DNA from: Planctomycetota bacterium
Lineage (GTDB): Bacteria > Planctomycetota > UBA11346
Assembly: GCA_038231435.1 (NCBI GenBank)
Contig: JBBRLJ010000019.1
Location: 37,496-101,495, forward strand
DNA: 64,000 bases
Direction: 5' to 3'
Part shown: positions 33,607-42,835 of the stretch, piece after piece
Layout: each line of letters begins with the position of its first letter
Position numbering within the stretch: the first letter of the stretch is position 1
The notes under the pieces: model-generated
Database searches by the model: none
What the model saw: the letters and a program-made list of their open reading frames with translations, nothing else
What the model was told of the DNA's origin: nothing
Made by a program: the position numbers and the translations under genes

Positions 33607-33994
33607 GTTCGAGCTCGCTCTCGCGAGCGAGCTCGGCTTCGTCCTCGCGTGCCTCATCTTGGATGATCGGCCTTTTGATCGGTTGCGAGACGAGCGATGG
33701 ATTGGTCTCGCGGACCGTCTTCAACAGGGTCTGCCCCGCCAGAGTCAGGCGGAAGGTGACCGGTTGGTTGCGGCGATGGCCCGCGCCGACGGCGGAGTTC
33801 GAGGTTGCGCGGGAGGACCCCGCGCATTTCTCGATGTAGCCCCCGGTCACCAGAGCGCTCACCTGCGGGAGCAGGCTGAGATCCCTGCGCCCGCGATTCA
33901 GACCAAGGTGGATCGATTCGAGATCCTGGCCCTCTGGAGTGGGCTCGAGCGCCTGGATGATGGCGATGCGCAGACGGTCCGCGGAGTCGTTCAT
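33599..33994 (-). CDS. Hypothetical protein, possible winged-helix DNA-binding domain
   Basis: AGGA RBS; LVTGGYIEK...FRLTLAGQTLL resembles a wHTH wing. Confidence 0.65.
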   Translation of the reverse strand: MNDSADRLRIAIIQALEPTPEGQDLESIHLGLNRGRRDLSLLPQVSALVTGGYIEKCAGSSRATSNSAVGAGHRRNQPVTFRLTLAGQTLLKTVRETNPSLVSQPIKRPIIQDEAREDEAELARESELERG

Positions 33995-34026
33995 CGTTTG
34001 GTTTCCTGTGCGGTTCACGTTGGCGT

Positions 34027-34869
34027 TCACGGAGTGGCAGCGGAAGCGGTCCAGGCCAGGGCCTGTGAGCGGTCGAGCAGATTGGTGAGGGACACCGTGC
34101 CCTCGGTACCCAGGGTCGAGACGCAGGCGACCTGATGGGTGCGATTGGTCGGCAGGGTCTCGCCATCGTTGACCACCACGCAGGCCGAGGTCGGCTCGCG
34201 CAGCTCTGTCCACGGCTTGGCGGGCACGCCGCGGAAGCAGAGGATCACCGCGGTCAGGGCCGCGAGCGCGTCGTCACCGGCGCGCGCCGGGACCACCAGC
34301 AGGGCGTCCTGCGGGATGCGCTGCATGCGCAGCAGCTGGACGCAACGTTCCTTGATCATCGAGATGATCTCGGCGGCTTCGGGCAGGGGACGATTGACGG
34401 AACGCAGCTCGGCGATGGCGACGATCGCAGGCGCCAGCGCGGTCTGCGGTTCGTCGCTCGGCTTCACCGTCCAGAAGATGCGCTGTAGGAGCTGGCGGAG
34501 CATCGGCGAGCGGTGGTTCTCGAAAGCCTCGATCAGTTCGCGATGGAGCATCGCCTCGGCCTGGTTCTGCGGCGCGGGCATCGCGCGGGTCTTGGCCAGG
34601 GTCCGCGTGGCGGCGCGGCAGGCGCCGGCGGTGGGCCAGCGCGGCAGGCCATCGACGATCAGTGCACTGATCGGGGTGCCTTCCTTGACCAGTTGGGCGA
34701 TGCGCTTCAGTTCATCGACCTGGTGCTGCTGGTAGGAGCGGTAGCCGTTGGGCTTGCGCTTCGGGCAGGGCCAGCCGTAACGAAGCTCCCAGATGCGCAA
34801 CACGCTCGGGCTCAGCCCGGTGAGCTTGCTGGTGTCCTTGATGTTCATCGCGTTGGGCAGGGTGCTCAT
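34027..34869 (-). CDS. MerR-family regulator, CarH/LitR-like architecture
   Basis: MNIKDTSKLTGLSPSVLRIWELRYGWPCPKRKPNGYRSY; GGAG RBS. Confidence 0.88.
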   Translation of the reverse strand: MSTLPNAMNIKDTSKLTGLSPSVLRIWELRYGWPCPKRKPNGYRSYQQHQVDELKRIAQLVKEGTPISALIVDGLPRWPTAGACRAATRTLAKTRAMPAPQNQAEAMLHRELIEAFENHRSPMLRQLLQRIFWTVKPSDEPQTALAPAIVAIAELRSVNRPLPEAAEIISMIKERCVQLLRMQRIPQDALLVVPARAGDDALAALTAVILCFRGVPAKPWTELREPTSACVVVNDGETLPTNRTHQVACVSTLGTEGTVSLTNLLDRSQALAWTASAATP

Positions 34870-35046
34870 GGTGGCTCCGGTTTGAATGAAGTAGCTGACT
34901 GAGGGTGTGAGAGCGCGCGCCGTGCCAGTCCGCGACGGCGACGGCGAATCGCGACGCGATGCCAGGTAATTAACGCGATAACGCGGCAATTCGCGTCATT
35001 CCCAATCAATTATGAGGATGTAGGCCTCGGCTGTGAGCGCGGCTAA

Positions 35047-35065
35047 TCACTGCAACATGCAGTGA
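35047..35065. promoter_or_regulatory. Perfect 8-3-8 inverted repeat TCACTGCA-ACA-TGCAGTGA, candidate operator
   Basis: Lies in the AT-richer intergenic region between the divergent MerR and DUF2147 genes. Confidence 0.5.
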
Positions 35066-35248
35066 AAGCTTCTACAACGCCTGCCGAGTGCAGCCTTGAA
35101 TCGTTCATTGTATCGGACGCCGGGCGATGTTGGCGGACTTTCCCGTAAATCCTTCCGCAACCCTCATCCAGGCATCTCCTGCCACGTCCTTCGCGCGCCA
35201 GTCGAGGCCTCCGTTCCTCCAGGCTCTCGACCGCTTAGGCTCGTGGGC

Positions 35249-35788
35249 ATGCATCGCCATGCCGCCTGGTTCCTCGCCCTGCCGCTCGTGATGATGCTGA
35301 TGGCGTTCGCAGTGCCCATGGCAGCGACGGAGAACGCCGACGCCATCGTTGGAACCTGGTTGACCTCGGACAAGAAGGCCAAGGTGGCGGTCGCGCGGAC
35401 TGCCGCCGGGACCTACGAGGGAACCATCTGCTGGATCAGCGATCCGCTCGACGCCACCGGGACCGCGCGGCACGACACCGAGAATCCCGACGCCAAGCTG
35501 AGGGCCAAGCCGCTAGTCGGGCTCACCATCCTCAGTGGCGCGACATTCGACAAGAAATCGACCTGGGACGACGGCACGATCTACGATCCGCAATCCGGCA
35601 GCTCCTACTCGTGCACCGTGAAGCTCGAATCGCCAACAGTGCTGAAACTGCACGGCTACATCGGCATCTCATTGCTAGGCCGCACCGAGCGGTGGAGCAA
35701 GGTCGAAGATGCCGCCGCCTCTCCTGCACCGCCCCCAGCGGTGACCTCATCCCCTGCGGCTGTGACTGCTCCGACCGTTACCCCGTGA
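35249..35788 (+). CDS. DUF2147 secreted protein
   Basis: IVGTWLT, GTIYDPQSGSSY, LKLHGYIGISLLGRTERW. Confidence 0.92.
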   Translation: MHRHAAWFLALPLVMMLMAFAVPMAATENADAIVGTWLTSDKKAKVAVARTAAGTYEGTICWISDPLDATGTARHDTENPDAKLRAKPLVGLTILSGATFDKKSTWDDGTIYDPQSGSSYSCTVKLESPTVLKLHGYIGISLLGRTERWSKVEDAAASPAPPPAVTSSPAAVTAPTVTP

Positions 35789-35814
35789 CCGTAAGCCGAT
35801 TCACCACGAGCTGA

Positions 35815-36312
35815 TCAGGGCTTCTTCTCTTCGACCGGGGCATCTTTCTTGGTGTCGGATGTCTTGTCGGACGCCCCGGGCTTGTCGCCCTGGTCCTTCT
35901 TGTCGGATGTACCGGAAGCGTCGCCGATCTTCGCGCCATCGGGCCACGGCATGCCGCGCGTGACCCAGTCGACCAATGCCTTGGTCTCAACTTCGCTCAG
36001 CTGCTTGCCCTTCGGGGGCATCTTCAGGTCGTCGTCCTGGTAGCGGATGGCCTTGATCATCAGGCTCTCGTCCGGCTTGGCCGAGACCGCGGCGGCGCCG
36101 TTCTTGCCACCTTTGAGCACCGCCTCGCGAGAGTCGAGCCGGAGATGCCCCTTCTGCTTGCTGGCGCCGTGGCACGAGATGCAGCGGTCGGTGAGGATGG
36201 GCTGCACGGTCTTGGTGAAGAAGGTGGCGTCGTCCTCGGCCCGCAAGGCGCTCGACAGGCAGCACGACAGCGCGAGGGCCGAGACGATGGCGGCGGCGGG
36301 GATGCGTTCCAT
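35815..36312 (-). CDS. Stand-alone planctomycete-type cytochrome c domain protein
   Basis: Signal peptide; FFTKTVQPILTDRCISCHG, LRLDS, distal MPP, WVTRG; charged tail. Confidence 0.9.
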   Translation of the reverse strand: MERIPAAAIVSALALSCCLSSALRAEDDATFFTKTVQPILTDRCISCHGASKQKGHLRLDSREAVLKGGKNGAAAVSAKPDESLMIKAIRYQDDDLKMPPKGKQLSEVETKALVDWVTRGMPWPDGAKIGDASGTSDKKDQGDKPGASDKTSDTKKDAPVEEKKP

Positions 36313-36408
36313 GGAGAGCTCCTGGGCGGTGCGTGAGATCCTGCCAGGCCGCTCGACGCTGATGCCCCCGGCCGCCGCCAGTCGCGCGGACGCGGGTGAA
36401 ACACCCCC

Positions 36409-37419
36409 TCACGTCGGCGCGAACTGCTCCACCAGCTTCGCCGCGTACAGCTCGTTGGCCTGCTTGGTCCTACCGGCGTTGTGCGGGGTATGCACGACGT
36501 TGTGCCGGCCGAGCAGCGGATCGCCCAGCGGCAGCGGCTCGACGTCGAACACGTCGGCGGCAAGGGCGAGCTCATCCGCAAGCACGCGGCGGCGCAGCGT
36601 CGGCATGTCGCAGATGTCAGCCCTGGTGATGAGCACCACCAGGCAACCGCGGGGCAACGCTTCGATGTGCCTGGCGGTGATCAGGCCGCGGGTCTTGTCG
36701 GTGAGCGGCACCATGGGCGCGAAGATCTCGGCGTCGGCGAGCAGGCGATCGAGATGCCATTCCCGGCGCGAGCCGGCGCGATGGAAGCAGGGCTCGCTGG
36801 CGTAGGGATCCCACGCCGAGACCTGGGCGCCCATCGCGCTCGCGAACGAGGCGTAGCGGCTGGCGATATTGCCGGCGCCGACGACGCGGACGCGCTTGCC
36901 TTCGAGGGTGCCACTGGTGAAGCGGCTATCGTCGCCGTACTGGTGCCCGCGCGCCCCGGGCGTGCCTACCCCGCCCGGTGGTTCGTAGTCCCAGGCCTCG
37001 AGTCCGGAGATGATCGCGCGGTGGGTCTGCGGGATGCGGCGCAGCCCGCAGAGGGTCAGTGCGAGGCCCATCTCGGACACCGACTGGCCCCAGAAACCCT
37101 CGCTGGGATGCACGATCGAGCGCACACCGCGTTCGGCGAACGCCTTGGACATGTCGGTCGCGCCGTAGGTGCCGGTGACGGTGACCTCTTTCAGACCGGC
37201 GAAGGCCTTGACGCACTCCGGCGTGACCGCCGCCGCCAGCACCGCCAGGCGGGTGACGGTCTCGGGCTTCGCGGTCACCCTGCCGGCCGGGGTGGAGTCG
37301 CCGGGTTTCTGGCGGATGAATTCGACGGGACCTTGCGCCTTCCACAGCGCGTGGAAATGATCGGCCGCCCACGGCCAGGTCTTGTCGAAGTCGGGGTGGA
37401 CGATGATGACGCTGCGCAT
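36409..37419 (-). CDS. D-isomer-specific 2-hydroxyacid dehydrogenase family protein
   Basis: VVGAGNIA, ADVFDVEPL, HTPHNAG; GGAG RBS. Confidence 0.9.
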   Translation of the reverse strand: MRSVIIVHPDFDKTWPWAADHFHALWKAQGPVEFIRQKPGDSTPAGRVTAKPETVTRLAVLAAAVTPECVKAFAGLKEVTVTGTYGATDMSKAFAERGVRSIVHPSEGFWGQSVSEMGLALTLCGLRRIPQTHRAIISGLEAWDYEPPGGVGTPGARGHQYGDDSRFTSGTLEGKRVRVVGAGNIASRYASFASAMGAQVSAWDPYASEPCFHRAGSRREWHLDRLLADAEIFAPMVPLTDKTRGLITARHIEALPRGCLVVLITRADICDMPTLRRRVLADELALAADVFDVEPLPLGDPLLGRHNVVHTPHNAGRTKQANELYAAKLVEQFAPT

Positions 37420-37501
37420 GGAGGCTCCTCTGGACGGTTGTCGGCTGTCATGGGCGGAATTGTCGAAACGCTCGGCGGAACTTCGCATCAACGGCAGCGC
37501 A

Positions 37502-38368
37502 TCAGCGGATGAAGCGCGCCCAGCTCGCTTCAACCGCCGCGACGTCGGTTGTGCCGGCATGGATGAAGGTGCGGAATCGCGAAGTCGTCGACGCCCCCGC
37601 GGCGAGCGACCATGCTCCAGCGATGCAGCGGCTCGGAGCGATACCGAGCTGGCTATCGACGCGCCAAGGCGCCGGATGTTCGGGATTGCCGGGGTGATCC
37701 ATGATCGCCATGCCTGCCATGGGATCGGCGGCGCGCCGGTCCGGAATCGGCATGCTGATCGCTACCCAACGCGCGCGCTTGCCCTCGGCGGTGGCGCAGT
37801 CGGCGTGGCCTTCGCTGGTGATCACGCTGCCGCGCTCGCGGAACGGCATGCGCACGAACAGTCCACCATAGGCGTAGGCGCCGAAGGTGAGTGGCACGAT
37901 CGCCGTGAGCGTCCAGTCGAGGTCGAGGTCGTAACTGGATCCGTTGTCGGTCAGCCGCCAATCCTGCGTCTCGGTCAGCATCCCCGCCCCCTCGGGCCGG
38001 CGCCACTCGCTCACCACCGTCCACGACGCCGTGTTCGCGGCGATCGTCGGCGGAGTGAGGGGCATGGGATGGAACGTGCCATCGTGGCCATTCTTGGTCA
38101 GGCCCTCGGTCCAGAATCCGACGCCATCGACGTCGTTGAGGCCGATATACAGGCCGTGCTGCCAGGCGTGGTGCGGTGGCGCATCCTCGGTGAGGATGCC
38201 ATCTCCGTCCGGAGCGTGGATGGGATGGATGAAGGGACGATGGCCGGGCTTCGCGCTCTGCGTCAGCAGCTCGCGATCGCCGCGGCGGATGGAGATGCGG
38301 TCGTCGCGATGTTCCGCGGCGAGCGCTCTGGAAGAGCTGTGGGCGGTGGACGAGGGGAGCGCGTTCAA
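37502..38368 (-). CDS. DUF6807 ('PmoA family') putative sugar-binding/modifying protein
   Basis: RPFIHPI, PPHHAWQHGL, YGGLFVRM, DHPGNPEHP.PW. TTG start with GGAGG; start uncertain. Confidence 0.8.
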   Translation of the reverse strand: MNALPSSTAHSSSRALAAEHRDDRISIRRGDRELLTQSAKPGHRPFIHPIHAPDGDGILTEDAPPHHAWQHGLYIGLNDVDGVGFWTEGLTKNGHDGTFHPMPLTPPTIAANTASWTVVSEWRRPEGAGMLTETQDWRLTDNGSSYDLDLDWTLTAIVPLTFGAYAYGGLFVRMPFRERGSVITSEGHADCATAEGKRARWVAISMPIPDRRAADPMAGMAIMDHPGNPEHPAPWRVDSQLGIAPSRCIAGAWSLAAGASTTSRFRTFIHAGTTDVAAVEASWARFIR

Positions 38369-38412
38369 AGGTCCTCCGATGCCGGTATCCGGCTGAAGCA
38401 CGGGTGAGTCGG

Positions 38413-39576
38413 TCAGGAACGGGCGAAGTCGGGCAGGGGGATCCAAGCCCCCTCGCGCAGCGCCGACTCGTGCGCGAGGATTCCGGTGCAGGTCCAATTC
38501 GCGGACGTCACCTCGTCGATGGCGGGTTTGCGGCCCTCGACGATCGACATGACGAACTCGTGGGCGAGGTGCGGATGCGATCCGCCATGACCGCTGCCTT
38601 GTTTGAAGGACAGGTGGCTGTCTGGTCCATCGTACACGCTGGAGGTGGTGAATCGGCGGATCGCCGCCGGCAGCGCGTCGGCATGATCGGGGATGTCCAC
38701 GTAGCGCGCCTGCTCGCCGGTGAAGACCACTGGTTTCGCCTGGTGCTCGAGCTGGGCCCATTCGAAGGAGCTGCGGCTACCGTAGACGTCGAAGCTCTCG
38801 ACGTATTCGCGCGCGGTCTCGAACAGCGATCGCGTCATCTCGCAGCCGATATCGGAATCCGCCAGGCGGATGTGCGCCGATTCGACCGCGAAGGGGGAGC
38901 CGTACCTGATCGCCAGGGCGTCGGCGATACGCCCGGAGCCGATGCACGAGACGCGCTCGGCGAGCGTGCCGACGAGGCCAAGCATCGGACCGACGCAATG
39001 CGTGGCGTAATGCATCGGCGGCAGGCCTTCCCAGTATCCCGGCCAGCCGGCCATCTCCTGCTGGTGCGCGGCGCGCATGAACTGGATCCGGCCCAACTCG
39101 CCGCTGTCGAGCAGCCGCTTCACGTAGAAGAACTCGCGCGAATAGCAGGTCGTCTCCATCATCATGTAGTTCTTCCCTGAGGCGCGCTGGGCGCGCACGA
39201 TCGCCGCGCACGCCTCGACGCTGGTCGCCATCGGCACGGTGCAGGCGACGTGCTTGCCGGCCGCGAGCGCGGCGATGCTGTGTTCGGCATGGTTCGGGAT
39301 CGGGGTGTTGATGTGGATCGCGTCGATCGACGGATCGCGCAGCAGGTCGGCATAGTCGCCGTGGCGGATCGCGCTCGGCAAGCCGAAGCGGTCGCCACAC
39401 AGCTGGAGGACCTTGGGGTCGCGCTGGCAGATGCCGGCGACCTCGGCATGGGGATGGTTCTGGTAGATGGGGATGAATTCGGCGCCGAAGCCCAGTCCCA
39501 CCAGACCGATCCGCACCTTGCCGCGCGCCTGCACCACGAGCACCTCCGCTGATGTCTGCAAGGATACGCCGTCCAC
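38413..39576 (-). CDS. Gfo/Idh/MocA oxidoreductase
   Basis: IGLVGLGFG, AGKHVACTVPMA, PPMHYATH, HGGSHPHL. Confidence 0.92.
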   Translation of the reverse strand: MDGVSLQTSAEVLVVQARGKVRIGLVGLGFGAEFIPIYQNHPHAEVAGICQRDPKVLQLCGDRFGLPSAIRHGDYADLLRDPSIDAIHINTPIPNHAEHSIAALAAGKHVACTVPMATSVEACAAIVRAQRASGKNYMMMETTCYSREFFYVKRLLDSGELGRIQFMRAAHQQEMAGWPGYWEGLPPMHYATHCVGPMLGLVGTLAERVSCIGSGRIADALAIRYGSPFAVESAHIRLADSDIGCEMTRSLFETAREYVESFDVYGSRSSFEWAQLEHQAKPVVFTGEQARYVDIPDHADALPAAIRRFTTSSVYDGPDSHLSFKQGSGHGGSHPHLAHEFVMSIVEGRKPAIDEVTSANWTCTGILAHESALREGAWIPLPDFARS

Positions 39577-39628
39577 CGTGTGGGCCTCGCTGTTTCATCG
39601 CACGAAACCGAACGATGATTGTACGATT

Positions 39629-40642
39629 ATGACTTTACGGCAGACTCCCGGCATGCCGTCCCCCTCCTCGACCTCTGCCCTCGCATACCAGGTGGACGCT
39701 GCGGCATCGCTGCGCATGGTCCACGTCGGCATTCGCGCTCCCCAGGCTCCGTTCATCCAGCAGCGCCGTCAGCAGCCGGATTTCGTCGCATTCCTGGTGA
39801 TCAAGGGGGAGATCGAACTGACCGACGAGATGCCGGACGGCATTGAGCGCGTAACGGTGCGGCCCGGCGAGGTGCACGTGGTCGCGCCCGGACTGTGGCA
39901 GGCGAGCACCAGGCCATTCCCGGCAGGGATAGTCTTTCTGTGGTTCCACTTCACGATTGGCGCCTTCCGTGTCCTTGACACCGCCGCTACCGACGACCAG
40001 GTGCGCGAACTGCACCAGCCGGCGCAGGCGCCTTCTGCGGGTCGCAGCCCGCAGCGACACTGGCTGATCCCGCGCCATCTCCAGTTCGGCGACGCACTCG
40101 AGGACGTGATGCGCGCCCACACCGCGCTGATCGAGAACGAACGCCTATGGGGAATGGATGATCGCGGCTCGCAGGCGATCGGAGCGGAACTGGTCTACCG
40201 CCTGCATCGCGCCTTCGTGCAGAGCCGACTGCGCGGCCGCGACATCATGCGCACCGCGCCCGAGATCGCGCACGTGGCGAGAGCGCGCGAATTCATCAGG
40301 CTGAATCACGAGCGGCCCATCTCGCTGGCGAGCGTTGCGAACGCCATCGACCTGAATCCAGCCTACCTCAGCCGCTGCTTCGGCAAGGTGGCTCGGCATA
40401 CGGTGGGCGAGGCGATCCTGGCGGCGCGCATCGAGACCGCGAAGCGGCTGCTGATCGAGGGTCACGCGGTCAAGGAAGCCGCGTACCTGTCTGGCTTCGC
40501 CTCGGCCAGCTATTTCTGCCGCCGCTTCAGACGCGCCTGCGGAACGACTCCACTCGACTACGCGGCGCCGGTCGCGTCGGCGGCTGCGCGGACACCGGCC
40601 CCGATCCAACGCCGACCTGGCGAACGCCGACCGCTGAGATGA
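39629..40642 (+). CDS. AraC-family transcriptional regulator
   Basis: Cupin-like N-terminus; LNPAYLSRCF, SGFASASYFCRRFRRACGTTP. Confidence 0.92.
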   Translation: MTLRQTPGMPSPSSTSALAYQVDAAASLRMVHVGIRAPQAPFIQQRRQQPDFVAFLVIKGEIELTDEMPDGIERVTVRPGEVHVVAPGLWQASTRPFPAGIVFLWFHFTIGAFRVLDTAATDDQVRELHQPAQAPSAGRSPQRHWLIPRHLQFGDALEDVMRAHTALIENERLWGMDDRGSQAIGAELVYRLHRAFVQSRLRGRDIMRTAPEIAHVARAREFIRLNHERPISLASVANAIDLNPAYLSRCFGKVARHTVGEAILAARIETAKRLLIEGHAVKEAAYLSGFASASYFCRRFRRACGTTPLDYAAPVASAAARTPAPIQRRPGERRPLR

Positions 40643-40685
40643 CAACCGGGGAAGCGTGATCCGCAACCGCCAGCACTGGCGCACG

Positions 40686-40725
40686 TTAGCGATTAATGAC
40701 AGTATTAATACGTTTCACTTGACGA
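40686..40725. promoter_or_regulatory. AT-rich regulatory site: ATTAAT twice and palindrome GTATTAATAC (40702-40711)
   Basis: Sharp AT island immediately upstream of the GH36-like gene. Confidence 0.5.
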
Positions 40726-40782
40726 ACGACATTGCCTCGGGCCCAGGCTGAGACATCATCGCTGGCCACCCCCGGAGACCCG

Positions 40783-42825
40783 ATGCCAGGTTCCACCGCA
40801 CCGTCGCACCTCGGCACCACCATCGATCTCGATGCCAAGCGCGGCACGATCACCATGACCCGCTCCGGAAAGCGGCTGCGCGCGATCTCCGCCAGCGCCG
40901 TGGTCTCGATCGATGCGGCGCCGTTCGTGAAGAGACCGGTGGACGCGGTCGGGGTCGCACAGGCGTCGGTGTCGCTGCTGCATGGCGGAACGTTGACCCA
41001 CGAGCGGCGCGGAACCGTCCAGCGCGCGGTGGTGCGCGTCGAGCACAACGGCTTCGCCAGCGAATGGTCGGTCACCAGCAGCGACGGCGATCCATGCTTC
41101 GAGATCTCGGTCGCCATCATCGCCGGGGAGCGGGCGTTGACGGTCGCCTCGGTGTGTCCGCTCCAACTCGCCTGGAAGGATGGTCCGCTCGCCGCCGAGG
41201 TGGCGTCGAGCCGATGGTGGGTGTGGGCTGCGAGCGGTTGGGACAAGCCCGGCACGCGACCGCTGTCAGGCGCCCTCCATCCCGACGACTGCCCGACGAT
41301 CGCCTACGACATCGCGGGCGCATTCGCCCCCTCCGGGGCGGCGCTCACCCTCGGCCACATCCTGCCATCGCGGTGGATGAACCGCATCGATGCCGATGTG
41401 GACGGCGTGACCGTCGCATCGACCCTCGGCGTCCACGTCGCCGCGCGCACCTCGGCTCGCACCGACAGCCTGTTCGTCGATCCCCAGCGGGGAATCATCG
41501 ATGGCCTCGCCGGCATGGGCTCCAGGCATCGAGGCCGGCGCACGGCGCGCGAAGCGAGCGAGCACTGGGGCTGGAACTCATGGGACTACTTCCTCGACAA
41601 GGTCACGGAGTCGGACATCGAAAGCGCTATCGCATCGATCACCGCACTGCCATGGATGCGCGATAAACTCCGATACATCATCGTCGATGACAGCTGGCAG
41701 GGCCTCACGGGCGACTGGCAGCCGGGCGCGCGCTTCGGCTCCATCCAGCGCGTCGCGAAGACCATCACCGCAGCCGGCTTCGCGCCCGGCATCTGGACCG
41801 CGCCATTCATGGTGGATCGCCACTCCGAGACCATGAAGGCGAATCCGGACCGCGCCCTGAAGCTCGACGACGGTCGTTTGTACGCCCACTGCATGGGCTG
41901 CGATCCGCCTTGGGGCGACCGCTGCTACCTCGACCCGACCCATCCCGGCGTATGGGATCACATCTACCAGCTCTACCGGCGGCTCCACTCGTGGGGTTTC
42001 CGTTACTTCAAGACCGACTTCCTGACCAACTCGATCGGTTTCGCCTTTCCCGGCGAGCAGGCCGCGTACCGCGACCAGATCCGCTTCCACAATCCGTCCA
42101 TGGGACTGGTGCGCGCGCACCGCGCCTGCATGGAGGCGATCCGCGCGGCGATCGGGCCGGATTCGTTCTGGCTCGGCTGCGGCAGCCATTACGCCAGCGG
42201 CGCCGGCCTGATGGACGCGACGCGCATGTCAGGCGACATACGCTACCACTGGCCGAACCTGCTGGTCTGCGCCAAGTCGGCGATCTTCAACTTCCACATG
42301 CATGGCGCTGGCTTCCTCATCGATCCTGATTTCTCGGTGTTTCGTGGCCGGGACACCTCGGACCAAGCGAAGCTCGACGGTCCCGCGCAGGGAACCAAGC
42401 CCTACCAGCGCGAGATCGGCAACACCGGGCCGACCTTCGACCTGCAGGAAGCCCGCTTGTGGGCTGCTGTCATCATCATGTGCGGTGGACAGGTCATCCT
42501 CTCCGACCGCATCGATGGACTGAACCAGGCCGGCCTGGCGATCGTCAAGGAACTGCTCGCGCATGGCGGAGGCCCGTCGGCGATCCCGGTGGATCTCTTC
42601 GAGCCGCTGCCGCGCATCTGGCGGAAGCAGCGTGATGGGGGCACCTGGCTGCTGCTCGCCAATTGGGACGACGCAGGGACCCGGAGGTTGACCGTCCCGG
42701 AAGCGTCCGACGACGCCAGCACGGCGGAGTTCACCGACCTGTGGACTGGCGAACGCATCCGCGCCGGGATGAGCGTGGAGCTGCCGCCGCATGCCCACCG
42801 CCTGCTGCGCACGATCGGGAGGTGA
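40783..42825 (+). CDS. Alpha-galactosidase-like glycoside hydrolase (GH36/GH27, clan GH-D)
   Basis: GWNSW, IIVDDSWQ, PGIWTAPF, YFKTDF (nucleophile), RMSGD (acid/base). Confidence 0.88.
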   Translation: MPGSTAPSHLGTTIDLDAKRGTITMTRSGKRLRAISASAVVSIDAAPFVKRPVDAVGVAQASVSLLHGGTLTHERRGTVQRAVVRVEHNGFASEWSVTSSDGDPCFEISVAIIAGERALTVASVCPLQLAWKDGPLAAEVASSRWWVWAASGWDKPGTRPLSGALHPDDCPTIAYDIAGAFAPSGAALTLGHILPSRWMNRIDADVDGVTVASTLGVHVAARTSARTDSLFVDPQRGIIDGLAGMGSRHRGRRTAREASEHWGWNSWDYFLDKVTESDIESAIASITALPWMRDKLRYIIVDDSWQGLTGDWQPGARFGSIQRVAKTITAAGFAPGIWTAPFMVDRHSETMKANPDRALKLDDGRLYAHCMGCDPPWGDRCYLDPTHPGVWDHIYQLYRRLHSWGFRYFKTDFLTNSIGFAFPGEQAAYRDQIRFHNPSMGLVRAHRACMEAIRAAIGPDSFWLGCGSHYASGAGLMDATRMSGDIRYHWPNLLVCAKSAIFNFHMHGAGFLIDPDFSVFRGRDTSDQAKLDGPAQGTKPYQREIGNTGPTFDLQEARLWAAVIIMCGGQVILSDRIDGLNQAGLAIVKELLAHGGGPSAIPVDLFEPLPRIWRKQRDGGTWLLLANWDDAGTRRLTVPEASDDASTAEFTDLWTGERIRAGMSVELPPHAHRLLRTIGR

Positions 42826-42835
42826 GCGTGGTAGT

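Noticed and set aside
37502..38368. Particulate methane monooxygenase subunit
   Set aside because: The 'PmoA family' label of DUF6807 is nominal; this is a soluble protein in a sugar cluster with no pmoB/pmoC.
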